Shown here piece after piece: positions 13,587 through 27,535 of a DNA stretch of 64,000 nt. The DNA is from the human T2T-CHM13v2.0 reference genome, Homo sapiens. Position 1 is the first letter of the stretch. Each line of letters starts with the position of its first letter. Below the pieces are notes generated by a model that worked only from the letters and a program-made list of their open reading frames with translations, did not search any database and was not told where the DNA came from. The stretch lies in NCBI RefSeq assembly GCF_009914755.1, contig NC_060925.1; one strand, written 5' to 3'. Position numbers and translations under genes: made by a program.

Positions 13587-15469
13587 TGAAGGACATTAAA
13601 GGAATTCCTGCACTTTGAAATAGGTGAGCACTATTTCAACAATCGTTCGAGCACGGGACCCTTTCAGGTCTGGAACGAGAAGTAAAGGAATGACAAGGAA
13701 TTCCTTCTTCTTTCCTCTTTCATATCAAAACTTGGATTAAATGAAAAATATTAGCTGGGCTTGTAGAAACAGATGGATTTATTGGTCTTTATCATATTAA
13801 TTAATCAGTATAGTAAAACTGCAATCAATTCAATAAACTTTTCAGTCATGTCCATGACTTGTTATATTTTGTTTCACTAAACTGACTCTTGGAATCCAAG
13901 ATTCTTGTCTTTAAAGGAGTTTAGAGATAATCTCATCCAAATCTCCCATTTTACATATTGGGATATTAAATTTCAAAAAGATTAGTAATCTAACCTATAG
14001 TAAAAACCTGAGGGGTCTCATTACTTTTACTTTCAATTCAGTCAAAATTGAAATGGCATTGTTATAGCATATAGCAACTAGATTTTAGGCATATTAGAGC
14101 ATATTTGTTTTTATATTTATCAGTCTTATTCTTTTCTGCCACCAGAGAATGTTTATTTCCAACAGCCCATGTGTAGCCTATATGGATACCAGTTAGCAAT
14201 TTTCCACATCACATTTAATTATTAGGAATGAGAACCCTAGGTTTTGCCTCCTGGTTGGGCTATACCCAACACGTTGAAACAGAATGCCCAGGCTGAGTTC
14301 CCAGGCAAAGTTTACTTCTCACCACGGAAACCAATTTTCATGAACCCAGCTTTTAGGATCCAATTAAGCCCATCAGAATTAGACTGTATTTAAAGTCAAT
14401 CTAGTTAATAGGTATGGCAGGATTTACCAAATCTACGTGATTATAAGACTCACCAGTGGCACTTGTTAGAGATACGGTTCTCTCCTGAAGATTGTGACTC
14501 TTTAGGTGTGTTTTAATATATTACGCAAGGTTGAGAAACACTAGAGTAGGAAATGTGAGCTAACTGAAACAAGGCAGACACAGTAGAGTGTATTGATAGC
14601 TGTTTCAAAGAAGGAAAAGTTTAAAAGGCAAGCTCTAAACAGAAGCAGATCAGACATAAAGGCAGAGGATCTTGGACTTACTGGACAGAGAAGACTTCAA
14701 AGTTGAGGTTGTTGAGTGACGTTAGTGGCTCTGAGGACAGGCTCACTGCTGTAGACTTTCTTATTTGGTGCTTCCTCTAGAATTGTCTAATCAGTTGAGT
14801 TTAATATGTCAAACGCAAAGTCCCTGTGGATCTTAATATGCCCAGTGCCCAGCACCATTGTCACTTGATACATAATGCTGAAATTAAAACGGATTCCATA
14901 AAGATGGTGAGGAAATCTTATGCAGAGGAATTCTTCCCATTACAAATGATTGAAAAGGGTTTTGTTGTTGTTGTTGTTGTCGTTACTTTGTTTTTGTTTT
15001 CTGGCTTAGATGGTAAATGTACAAATATCTCTTTAACAATGATAGGACAACTTCACTTCCTCAAGTGGTTTAGCCTCTGAATCTTGTGGAAAAGAAATGC
15101 CTTTTGGTGTGACAGGAGCTCTGTAAAGGTGTTCATGTTCTCAGATGATCCAGAGATTGCTATTAAATTATCATCATCATCACAGAATTTATCCTCTGAG
15201 GCCTTTTGTTTCCTGGTGCAAAGGTAAATTGTTTCACCTTCCTGTTCCTCAGTTTCTTCATTGTAATATACCAAGAATAATTGTACCTACCTCAAAGAAT
15301 TCTTGTAAAAAATAAATTATTAATGTAAAGTGCTAAAAATAGTGTCTGGCAACAAGTTCTCAGTAAATTGTTAGCTATTATTATTATTATTATTGTCAGT
15401 TAAGAATGAGAGTAGCTAAGATACTATAGGGAAGAAAGAAAAAAATCATTGGACAATGGGGAAGATTGA

Positions 15470-15930
15470 CAGAAATGGTGGCCCAAATTTATATTTTCCC
15501 TATTTCCATGCTCTCTGCAATGTGTCTGGGCAACTCCTCTTATCAAGAGATGAGTCTATTTTTCCAATTCTTAAATCTGGGCTGGCCATGTGACTTCCTT
15601 AGGCCAGTAAAATGCAGTGGAAGGGACAGTGCACCAGTTCCAAGCCTAATCTTCTGCAGGCCTTGAACAATTCCACTCTGTCTTTTGAGATTTTGCCTCT
15701 GTCTTGAGAAAAAGCCCAGGGTAACCTGCTAGAGAATAAGAGACCACATGAAGCAGAAATGAGACATTTCAGCTGAGGCCATTCTATAGCAGCCAAGACC
15801 AGAAAACGTGCCCTTCAGATTCCAGGTGAAATTGATCACCTACAGAATTGTGAGCTAAATAAGTGTTCATTACTTTTAAGTCTCTAAATTTTGGGGTGGC
15901 TGTTTAATGCAAAAATAGTTACCTGATACA
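15470..15930 (+). mobile_element. MLT1-family MaLR LTR (old)
   Basis: MLT1-like motifs (tctgggctggccatgtgactt, agaattgtgagctaaataa, ttttggggtgg..atagttacctgataca). Confidence 0.65.
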
Positions 15931-16818
15931 AACTATAATTAAAAATAAGGAACAGGCATTAAGAAATAAATATTTGCTTTGCTCTGAGCCACCTATTATT
16001 AGCAGTTAACTAATCCTATAGAACATATTATCACATAATTTAAAATTTGAGGTAGACCTTAAAGATCTCTTGGTGGAAAATACTCAGTTTACAGGTGAAG
16101 AAACTAAGACCCAAAGAGGTTAAGCGATTTGTAAAAGATCATATAGATCATTGTAAACCTTGATTTACAAGGTGGTAGCAGAGTAATAAGAAAGGCAAAC
16201 CATAGCAAATGAATATCAATTTTGGAAACATAGTAAAGAAAAATGCTCAGAAACTCTTCTCATAAGACAGAAGAGAATAACACGTGGAGAGCTTAAGAGA
16301 GCAGCTCTGCCTGAGTGGGGATTTTCCCATCATTAACAGTATTCATGCGCTTCTCAACTCTCTTCACCAAAAGATGCTCCATGTTTAAGACCTAGCCAGA
16401 GGCCACCGGCTGGAGGGACCACATTTCTTTGAAGTTTCTTAAAAATTCATATAGCCTACCACATAAAATACTATGTTTACATGAGTACATCCTTTTTCTT
16501 CTCCAAAATGTTATGACAAATTGATTCTGCAGAAAGATGGGTCCTATCTGTCCTGTGTGTTCAATTATTCCCTGGCATATGACCTTGAATACTAATGGAA
16601 AAGCACATTAGGTCAAGATGGTGGGGCAAAACAGTCACATGCTATGCACTGAGGACTCAGTAGTTAGGCCTCAGGTCTTCTCTGTGGGTTCCTCATTGTG
16701 AGTCCTCCCTCCCTCACTCACTTTACAAATGTTTACTGAGTGTCTTCTATGTACTGGACAGTGTTCAGGCACTAGAGATACAGCAGCAAGTGAAACAAAA
16801 ATTCCTGCTCTCAAAGAA

Positions 16819-17393
16819 TGTATTAGTTTCCAATTGCTGCTGTAACAAATTACCACACATTTAAGTGGCTCAAAACAACACAAATTTATTATCTTATAGT
16901 TCTGGAGTTCAGAAGTCTAAAATAGTTTCAGGCTTCCCTTTCTTCACCCCATCTAGCCCTTTGCTTGGACCTCCTTTCCTTCCCTTGTCCATCTGGCAAA
17001 TTCCCAGCATCTGTCACAACAAACTCTTTCTGAAGCCCCTGGGGGATAAGATGTTCCCTTGCTGGTTCCAGTTTCTAGAGGCTGCTTATAGTCCTTGGCT
17101 TGTGGCACCCTCCTCCCTCTGTTAAATCAGCAGCACAGCATCTTCTCTCCTCTCTGATTTCTGCTTCCATCTCTACACCTTCTCTCTTTGACTGATCCTC
17201 CTGCTTTCCTCTTATAAGGACTCTTGTGATTATATTGAGTACATCCAGATAATCCAGGATAATTTCCTCACCTCAGAATTCTCACTTTAATCACTTATGC
17301 AAAGTTTTATTTTATCACGTAAGGTAACATAATCGCAGGTTTTGGACATTAGGATGTGGACTGATTTGGGGCCCCATTATTCTACCTACCAAA
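16819..17393 (-). mobile_element. MLT1C/D-like MaLR LTR carrying a foreign ~95-bp segment
   Basis: tgtattagtttcc..gctgtaacaaattaccaca start; ccagataatccaggataat..aaggtaacat..ggacattaggatgtggac..cattattctacctacc end. Confidence 0.8.
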
Positions 17394-17418
17394 GGAGGTT
17401 ATATTTTAGTAAAGCTTA

Positions 17419-17736
17419 TTTTTCTTTTCTTTCTTTCTTTTTTTTTTTTTTTTTGAGTTGGAGTCTCTCTCTGTCACCCAGGCTGAAGTACAGTGGCGTG
17501 TTCATGGCTCACTGCAACCTCGCCCTCCCAGATTCAAGTGTTTCTCCTGCCTCAGCCTCCCCAGTAGCTGAGACTACAGGCACACGCCACTGCACTGGGC
17601 TAATTTTTGTATTTTTAGTAGAGAAGAGGTTTTGTCATGTTGGCCAGTCTTGTCTTGAACACCGGACCTCAGGTGATCCACCTGCCTTGGCCTCCCGAAG
17701 TGCTGGGAATACAGGTGTAAGCCACTGCACCTGGCC
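17419..17736 (-). mobile_element. Alu (AluS-like)
   Basis: Antisense dimeric Alu with T-rich tail. Confidence 0.93.
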
Positions 17737-19671
17737 ATAAAGCTCATCTGTACAGGATAAAGTTGAAGTTCTTGAATATGACTCAAATGAATTTCTGTGA
17801 TGTTCTTTCTTGCTAGCCCTATCTCTAGTAATTCCCTGCTACAAATACATAGTTCAGCAATCCTGACCTTCTTCTATTACCCTCCCCACCTCAGAGCACC
17901 TCTGCTATTCTCACCCTTTTGATTTCCAGCTGTCTGCCAGGACATACACCCCCATTCCCCTTCCCTACATCTCTACACCCTTTGTCTGGCAAAATATTCA
18001 GCAAGGGCATCACCTTGTATAAGAAATGGGGCCTCTCCCATTTACTCTCAAAAGATCTGTGCCTGCCTCTACCACCAACTTCATCACACTATATAGATCT
18101 GTTTAGGTGTTGCCTGTCTTGCTCCATTAGTTAAAAAGCTATTTGAGAGCAGGGAAGGTGTCGTTCATTTTTCTAGCCCCATCACTTAACATAGTACCTG
18201 GCACAAAGTAAGGGTTTAAGAAATGTTAAGTGAACATGTGAGTATCACTGAAATTGTTTATCAGTTAATTAGGAGAGGAAGAAGCAGGGGAAGAGAAGGG
18301 GAAAGAGTTTTTATCTTGAGTTGTTAAGAAAGTTTAGTAAAGAGTGGATCTCTGCTGGGTGTGGAGAAGGAACAGCAGACAAGGGGAAGACGAGATGAGA
18401 TATACATGACTTTCAGGCAGTGAGGATAATGAGCCTGAGGCGCTGAAGCCTCAGGGCCGCATTTCTCAGCAGGGTTGCTTTTGATGTGTGCCTGCTTTGA
18501 TCCCTGCTGTGTAGCTATGGCCCAGGATGCTCTGGAATGAAGAAAATCTACTTATTGTGTCCTGTTCTCGGGATCCGTGGCGTGTGAGAGAAGAAACACT
18601 AGGGGAAAGGAGTGGTTTCCTGGTGGCAAAATAAAATCATTTCCCAAAGGTAAATAGTCTTTCCAACATGGTGGAGCACTGAAGCAGAAGAGAATATGCA
18701 GAGAGAGGACATGATAATGTAAGGTAGAGAGACACAGAACGCAACTTAAAAGCTGAGATAAGATCAAATAGACAAATGCAGAAGGGCTGCATCCCACGGG
18801 AGAGGGGAGCAAACTGTTCTGTTCATGGGAGCAACAGGACACTGGGCCATAGGTGGAGAGAATTTTTCTGCCTCTTGGACAAAATATGAGAACACAGGAA
18901 GTGACACTTCAAATGCCCCTACACCAAGGAACAGGGCAACACAGGTGGGCAGATCATGACTGGCAGAGAAACACAGAAGTAAGGAGAAACACAGAAACAC
19001 ACTGCTACCCCTCCCTGTATGGGAGGTCAAGGGGAACTTCCCATTGTGTAGTTTAGTTTTAGAAGCATAAATTCTGTCACTAATTCTGTTCAAGTTAAAT
19101 CAACCTTATTAAATGTAACTGGGGTATGAATTCAGTTATTCTCAAAAACTCCTTTTAGAAATAGTTTTCATTTTAGAAATGTTAAATGTGTACACTAGTC
19201 AGGTCCTGTTGACCATCGCAGACTAACCTAGTGTAAGTGTATTGCTATGTTAATCTGCCCAGGTTGTCAGAAAGAAAGAGGAGAATGTCATGAACTCTCA
19301 AAGAAAGGGAACATGTGGAACATGCTTTGGAGAATTATTGTTTGAAAGAAAATCAAACACTCCAATGCCACACATATTAAGCAGTTTAAAGAACAAACAA
19401 CTGGGGTGGTCCCTGAGCAAATACTTGATGGGACTTTATTTGAAAAAGAAGCATTTTTTAGAATATGCTATATTTTATGGTTAATTGTCTTAACCCTATA
19501 TCCCAGTATTCAAAGGGGTATGTAAGTGGAAGTGAAAATCACTATAGTTCTCCTACAAAAGTCTAAATTACATGTTTTAACCCATGGCAAGAACCAAGGC
19601 AAGACCCTTGTCTATTTTAATCAACGTTAGTATAGTTCCTGCCCATCATGAACACTCAAAAACAGTTGATA

Positions 19672-19957
<286 letters not shown>

Positions 19958-20509
19958 GATAGAATGAACATAAGGGATGAGAAGCTGAGGCATTGAGTTT
20001 GTAAAATTTGTGCTTATGAATGGGGATAATAACTAGGATAAAAGTCATGATTTCCCAAAGATGTGTGAGCCATTGAGGCTAGATTTTCTGTAGTTTAATC
20101 ATAGGAGAAAGTTAATAATATTCATACCTGCATTTTTATTGCATGTCCATTGTATGCTAAATATTGAGCTGGATAACTTAGCTATATTGTTTCTAATCCT
20201 CAGAATAAAGTCCCATAGTGTTATCCTGGTTTTACAAATGGGGAAATAGGTTATGAAAAGTTAAACAACTTTTCCAAAGTTACATAGGTAGTAAGTGGCA
20301 GAATGGTGACTCAAACCTAGATCTGACTGCTACATAATTACTTTTTACTCATACTACAGTATCACAAACAGTGTCTCTGTTTTTAAAAGCTTTATTCCTT
20401 GTCATAAAATTAGTACATATTCATGATTATAAATTTGGAAAATATAGAAATATTTAGGAAAAACAAATCAACCATGATACCTCCACTGTTTTGTAAACAT
20501 ATGGTACTA

Positions 20510-21145
20510 CAATTGATTCTCATTATTTGTAGAAGTTATGTTCTATAAAGTCACTGCAAATACTGAATTAGTGAATACTGAACTTTTGCTCCTAGCCGAT
20601 ACACAAGATTAGGCTACTGTAAGCCCAACATTTTTATCAATGAATCAATACATTACCTTATTTTATATTTATTTCTATTATAAAGACACATTATTTTATG
20701 TATATTGCTGATTCATTAACATCGAATGCACAGCCAACAGCACTATAACTCAGACCTGAATGAAGTTTATCTAACATATACGTTTTCTCTGTTAGTAAGG
20801 CACATTGGCCTTGTCCTCAGGGACTCTAGACAGTATCTCAGAACCAGACTTTGTGGCCATTTCAGACAGTGATATGGGCAACAAAAAGCAGAAAAATGTG
20901 GCACTAAACACACCTCAAAAAGGACACTTGTTTACAGTAGAAGAGCTGAAACAAGATGGTAGAATATCACCTTGTTTGACTTTGATAAGAAATGTGTATG
21001 TTGGGTGACTCAAATATTACACCACTCTGGGTATGTCTTTGAATAGCCATGAAAGTGCTGCAAGTACTGATTTGGGGGTTACAAATCCATTTTAGCAAGT
21101 AGGTGAATTTGCAAATATAGAATTATGAATAATGAGGATTGACTG
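20510..21145. mobile_element. Non-autonomous Tigger-type DNA transposon (MER82-like)
   Basis: Terminal inverted repeats caattgattctcattatt (20510) / aataatgaggattgactg (ends 21145); TA at left flank. Confidence 0.75.
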
Positions 21146-21330
21146 TTTCCTTCTGAGGAGTCAAAAATCTGATTGATTTTATCAAAATCAAGAAACTATG
21201 GAAGAGGACTTTTCAGAAACATTGTCAAAGCTTTCTTATGTACAGACTTTGGCGCCACAGGCCTGACACAAACCCAGTCTTCCATTTATTTCATTTAACA
21301 TCTTTTGAGTAACTTCTAAGTATATGTTAA

Positions 21331-21885
21331 TGTAGGAGCCAAGGGAAAATATCTACCTTGTGAAGGTTCACTGAAAAATCACATGACAAAAGCCAGCTTG
21401 GAGAAAGCATATAAATCTATTAGCATGCACACGGGGAGAGTCACAGAGTGATGAAATTCAGAAGCTCATATACTGTCTGGAGGATACAGAAAAAATAGGG
21501 GCTCAGAGCATGGCCCAAAACAGATGATGGTGGTTAAATCAGGTTATATTGGCAAGACATGTTATGGGAGAGAGAAGAGAAGAGGAGGCCTGGCTAGCAA
21601 AGATGGTCTTGTTAGATAAATGAAACCTCACAGGTAGTAACCCTCAAAGAGAATAGATGGTAAATGTTTCTTTCAGACCTTTAAAGGGTTCTGACTCTCA
21701 GTTAATCTTTCCTAGATCTGGACAAGAGAAGGCCTGCCTGCATCAATGCAGATTCTCTACAGATGTAAATCTCCTCCACAAAAGACAGCTTGGTAGAGCT
21801 ACTTCTGTTTACAGGATTTCTAAACAGCTATCTCAAAATATGTCAAGGAAATATATTTTGGAGTGAAATAGTTTGATTTACTTCA
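21331..21885 (-). mobile_element. Solo ERV1 LTR (MER39/MER34-like)
   Basis: TG...CA termini; minus-strand start tgaagtaaatcaaactatttcactccaaaatatatttccttgacatattttgaga resembles MER39. Confidence 0.7.
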
Positions 21886-22722
21886 CTAGGTACTGTGATA
21901 GGTATTGGAGTTAATAAAAATGAACAAGAAAGTTCTTACTCTCCAGAAACTCATGGTTTGATGGAAGAAGCCAGGCATATAAACAAAATATTTTAACAAA
22001 ATGTGGTAAGTTCAGTAATGGACACAGATACAGGGTCTTTTGGGAGCACACACAGGAGGAGATCCACTTAGTAGGGTAGGTGGTGCCTCAGCTGAGTACT
22101 AAGAAATTAGTCTGATTTAGTCAGGTGAAGGGTGGCAGAGATTGGTGACTATTACTGTGGATACTATGCAATAACATAGTAGATGTTAAAGTCTAATAAA
22201 TTTGATTCAGAAGTCTTTGGAAACTACAGGTAAGATAATTAATTACCAATTCTTCTAACCTATATCTTCCAGATATCACAGATTTTATTGTATCTCTTCT
22301 AGCCTAACCTGCAATGTCTGCATCATCATAGTATGAGGAATACATGTAACATGCCTTAAGTATTTTGTTAGATAGGTAAAGAATCTTGTCTCCTTGTAGC
22401 ATGTACCAAGGTAACCGTACTTATGTTAGTTTTCCACGTAGATGGTAGGCTCACTTCAAGGCAGAGTGCTTTGTTTAAAAGTCTGCAAATAGAAACCATT
22501 GTCTACTACATGACAAAGAGCTAGCAGTTGAATATATCTAGCTCAGCCTCTGCTTCCTCAGAGAATTATAGGTAGTTTATTCTAATCAATTTTGAGGAAA
22601 ATTGTATACAGGTTCCCTTAAGAGTATATTTTATGATTCCAAAGGAAGTTTATACAAAATCTGAATTGCTCTTTTAAACTTTCTTTTTTTTATATCTTGT
22701 TATACTTAGAAGCAAAGATTAG

Positions 22723-23052
<330 letters not shown>

Positions 23053-24426
23053 TTATCGTCCATTTTTAATGTAAGGGCAGTCTCATATATTTTTCTTTTC
23101 TAGGTGGTTTTTGTGTGTTTTTATTTTCAAAAAGTAATATTGTACATGATTGCAATTAAAATAATACCAAGGATATACACATTAAGAAATAAGACCCTTT
23201 TATAGCTCCAAAATTCAGCAACCACTATTTATCAATTTCTTATAACTATCTAACAGTAATATTCTATGCAGGTATTAACATATACATCTATAGCTAAATT
23301 TTAAAGGATGTCAGAATGAAAAGAGATGGATAAGTTTTCTAGGAAGACAGTTCCTTCATACTCTATTTTCTCTAAAAGGGCAATGATATGTTCACAACTT
23401 TTAAATTTTCTGGGCACAAAAGCAATAAATGGTCTAGAGATATTTCTGTTTTAATTTCAAGGAAAAGGGCACTATTATCAATTGAAGGCATACTGTATGC
23501 ACATTCTGTACTAGGCACTTTATACATGTCATTTGAGAACTCTCAAACATTTAATGAAGAAAATATTATCCCCATATTTTAAATAAAAAGCCTGCATCTC
23601 AGAAAGTTTAAGTAACATTTTAAAGGTTTCACACAGCTGGTAAGTAATGAGTCCCAAGAACGCAGTTCTGTGTGATCCCCAAAATCCGTGCTCATTCCAT
23701 ATATATTCCAGATGCTGTGCATTATGTTTGATATTTTGATTATTAATATAGACAGTCGATATTAGCTTAGTGGTTAAAAGATTTCTATCAGAGATCTGTA
23801 CCTGTAAATTCACCTTTTTAAAATTTGTGAATAACATCACTTTGTATTTGACATTATAAAGCTATATTTAGTAGAGCCAAATCCATTTTAAGAAGAAATT
23901 TCCATAAACTAAAAAGAGCTGCATCAGAGGAGGCCTGCAGATGGCACTGCTGCCTGAGAGTCACTTAAAAAAATGCATAAAGAATTACTTTAGAAATTAT
24001 CCAATGCTGATTCCAAAAGTTAAATTTCAACCAATATTTGAGTAATTTATAATTTGTGTAATTCCTTCCAGTTTATGGTTGATGTTGAAATTTAATTTTC
24101 ACTTTAATGAATGAGTAGAGTAATGCTTAGTAGCATTTCTATCCAGTAAAAGGTAGACTATAAGCCTGTGTGGATGGGACACATGAAGATCCATTAAGTT
24201 GGAGAAAAGAAAGAGATTCCGATTCTTTGCTTGGGCATAAGGTGCTGCCTGACAGATCAGATTACTGAGCAATCAGAAGACAGATGGAGACTGCTAAGAT
24301 CTAAAGATGAATGCAGGAATTTCCGAGTTATAAATCAGAAACCTAATGAAAACACATGAATACAAAAGTCTGAGACATTGTATGTAATAAACAAAAATGG
24401 CAGGTCTTTTATCACTGTATTTTTAG

Positions 24427-24739
<313 letters not shown>

Positions 24740-25089
24740 TCATGAATTTTTAAGGAAAGTTATTGCAAATCTTTAACCCTAGCTAATCATATAAGCTTTA
24801 GAAGACAAAAAGGTACTTTTTCTTGAGTAGTTAAGAGATATAAAGTTCTGGAGATAGACTACTCCAAGATTTTCATAGGATCATATCTGGATGATAAGAT
24901 TATAAGTGATTTAAACTTTCATTTCCAAATCATCTATATATATTTTTAAATATGAAATAATCAATAAATATTAAATTTTAAGATAACCAAAACCACTGTT
25001 CTCATTCCTTCTGTCTCTTACATATTAACACAAAACCTTTTTTTTTTTTTTTTTTTTTTTTAGTTTTAATGCTAGGGGTCCCTAGTAGT

Positions 25090-25490
25090 GAATGTGGGGT
25101 GTTCTGCACAGATTCTTTCAGAGTTGAGTCATTTATTCCTCCAGCTGTCAGGAATATTGGCTACATTCCTCTTTAGGAACTGTGCTTGGCTAAAGGGAAC
25201 TACGTTACCAAGCTTACATCTCTTCCCCAGGATCAGCCCATATCCATTGACTGGTTTATATGAAGGTAAAAGACCCAGCCCCATTTCTTAATTTGGGACA
25301 ATTCTGAAAAGTCATCACAGCTCCAGGACCCCCCATGGGATCAACTGAGGCCTTTATTGCAATTGCATTGTGGTTAAATTTTTTCTTTTGCCCCATCCCA
25401 CCTCCATCACTTTCTTACAAATGTCATTCTCAAGTAAACCTCATAAACACAAATATTTGTCTCAGTATTGTGGGGAACATGATCTAAGAC
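25090..25490. mobile_element. Old ERVL LTR (LTR16-like)
   Basis: cagcccatatccattgactgg..ctccaggacccc..tgggatcaactgaggcc motifs. Confidence 0.5.
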
Positions 25491-25559
25491 AAAACTAGGA
25501 GTAGTCCTAAGAAGCTGACATCAGCTCCCAGCCAACTTAGCAAACCTACAATCACATAT

Positions 25560-26990
25560 CACTCAATTGTTTTCTGGATTGCGTAGTTTTTGACAAGCAA
25601 TCTACCTTCATTCTTACTTTTTGTTACTCTGTATATGTTTTGTCTCTGGCTACTGTTAAGATTTTTCTTTTTATTACTGGTTTCCAGCAACTTGATTATA
25701 TGTGCCTTGGTGTGGTTTTATGTTTTGTTTTGTTTTGTTTTTTTTTTATTTTTTGCTTGAGGTTACTTTAGCTTCTGTGAGTTTATGTTTTTCATCACAT
25801 CTAGAAAAAAATTAGTCATTATCTTTGGCCAATAATTTTGTGTTCTTCCCCTTCCTTCTCAGCCTCCAATTGCACATGTTAATGTTTCATGTTTTTACAC
25901 AGCTCACTGAGGCGCCTTTCATTTTTTTTTGTTTTGTTTTCTCTTTATATATTGTTTTAGTTTCTACTGATATTTTTGAATTCACCAACCTCTCTTCTGC
26001 TGTATCTAATTTTCTGTTAATCCCATTCCATGTATTTTTTTCAATTTGGATACTGCATTTTTCTTTTTTTGAATTTTATTTGAATCCTTTTTATGTCTTC
26101 CATTTCTATTACTTTATTTCTGATTTCTTTTTTATCCTAGAATATTATATTTATAATAACTCCTTGGAAGTTTGCCTGTTAATTCCATTACCTCTACCAT
26201 TTCTGGGTATGTTTTGATTGATTCATTTTTTCTCCTGACTCTGTGTCATATTTTTTGTTTCTTTGCATGTCTAGTAATTTTTGATTGGATGATCAACATT
26301 GTGATTTTTACATTGCTGAATGCTGGATTTTGCTGTTTCTTGAGTGGGAAACTTTGTTCTGGCACACAGTGCTACTTGAAGACCAATTTGAACATTTTAA
26401 GGCTTGCTTTTAAATGTTAGAGTAAATCCATAGCAGCTTTTATTCTAAAACTAATTTGGCCCTGCTACTAAAGCACAACCATGTTGAGGATGTCACCCAA
26501 TGTCCCCTGTATTACAAGCTTTCTCCATTTTGGCTGATGGGAATGTTAACTATTCTTAGCCCTGTGAGACCCAGGAACTGTTCACTGCTTTCCAATCATT
26601 CCTTCCTTGGCTTTGTTACATACTACTCAAGTCATTTCCTTTACCCCATGCTAATTAATACTCAACAAAAACCTCTAGGGAGGACTACTCTGCAGATCTC
26701 TGGAGCTCTTTTTCTTTGCAGCTGCCTGAGTGATTCTGAACTCAGTCATCTTTGGTTTCTTAATTGCAGTGAGACCACTGGGCTTTATTTTGGTTCCTCT
26801 GCTGGCAACTGCCTTCAGGCAATAAGTTGGGGAAATCACAAGGCTCATCACCTGTTTTCCCTCTCTTGGGGATCATAGCCCTGCATTACCTGTAGTCCAA
26901 TGTTTGAAAAGGGTTGTTTCATATATTTTAGCTCATTTCCTAGTTGCTTATGATAGAAGGGACAATTTGGAAGTCCATTAATATACATGA
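25560..26990 (-). mobile_element. Ancient L1 (L1M) fragment, antisense
   Basis: T-rich degenerate sequence typical of antisense L1M 5'/ORF1 region; explains the Phe-rich ORFs at 25825-26878. Confidence 0.6.
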
Positions 26991-27535
26991 AGCTATGCTT
27001 TGGTAGAAAAATTGTGAGTTTTTATAATGAGCAGAAGTCGAACAATACTTTTACTTGTCTAATAAATTCTGTTTCCTCACTACACATTCTGAGAGGTTTT
27101 CAGAAGACATAAAAACAACTAACATATATGTTTCTCCCAGTTCTGAGAAAACAAAAAATTCTTAATAGAAGTTAATTCTGAGTAAATACATAAGTCTGAG
27201 TTGCTGTACTTACTGTATTTAGAACTGTTAAATTAATTTTGGTGAAACGATTTTCTTTCAATTTAATTCAATATTAAAACTAGCTATCCTTCATTTCTTT
27301 CCCAGAAATTCTTCAACAATACCACCCTCCCCCCCACACACACACGCATGCATGCACACACATTCTCTCTCTCTCTCTCTCCACTTTCAAAATAAAAGGG
27401 TGGTATATCTCTTGGTCGTACAGATTACCAGGATATAAAATTCCATAACCATCTTTCATTTCACCAAAAACGAGGTAAAGAAAATATTACCACTGATAGG
27501 GTAGAAAATATATTGTGAGACACAAGAAAAGAAAC

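Noticed and set aside
17342-17740. Alu-derived ORFs (also 874-1354, 5493, 22723, 24457, 45098, 58471, 61419)
   Set aside because: Typical Alu translation products with no gene structure.
25825-26878. Hydrophobic 80-140-aa ORFs resembling membrane proteins
   Set aside because: Artefact of T-rich antisense L1M sequence.
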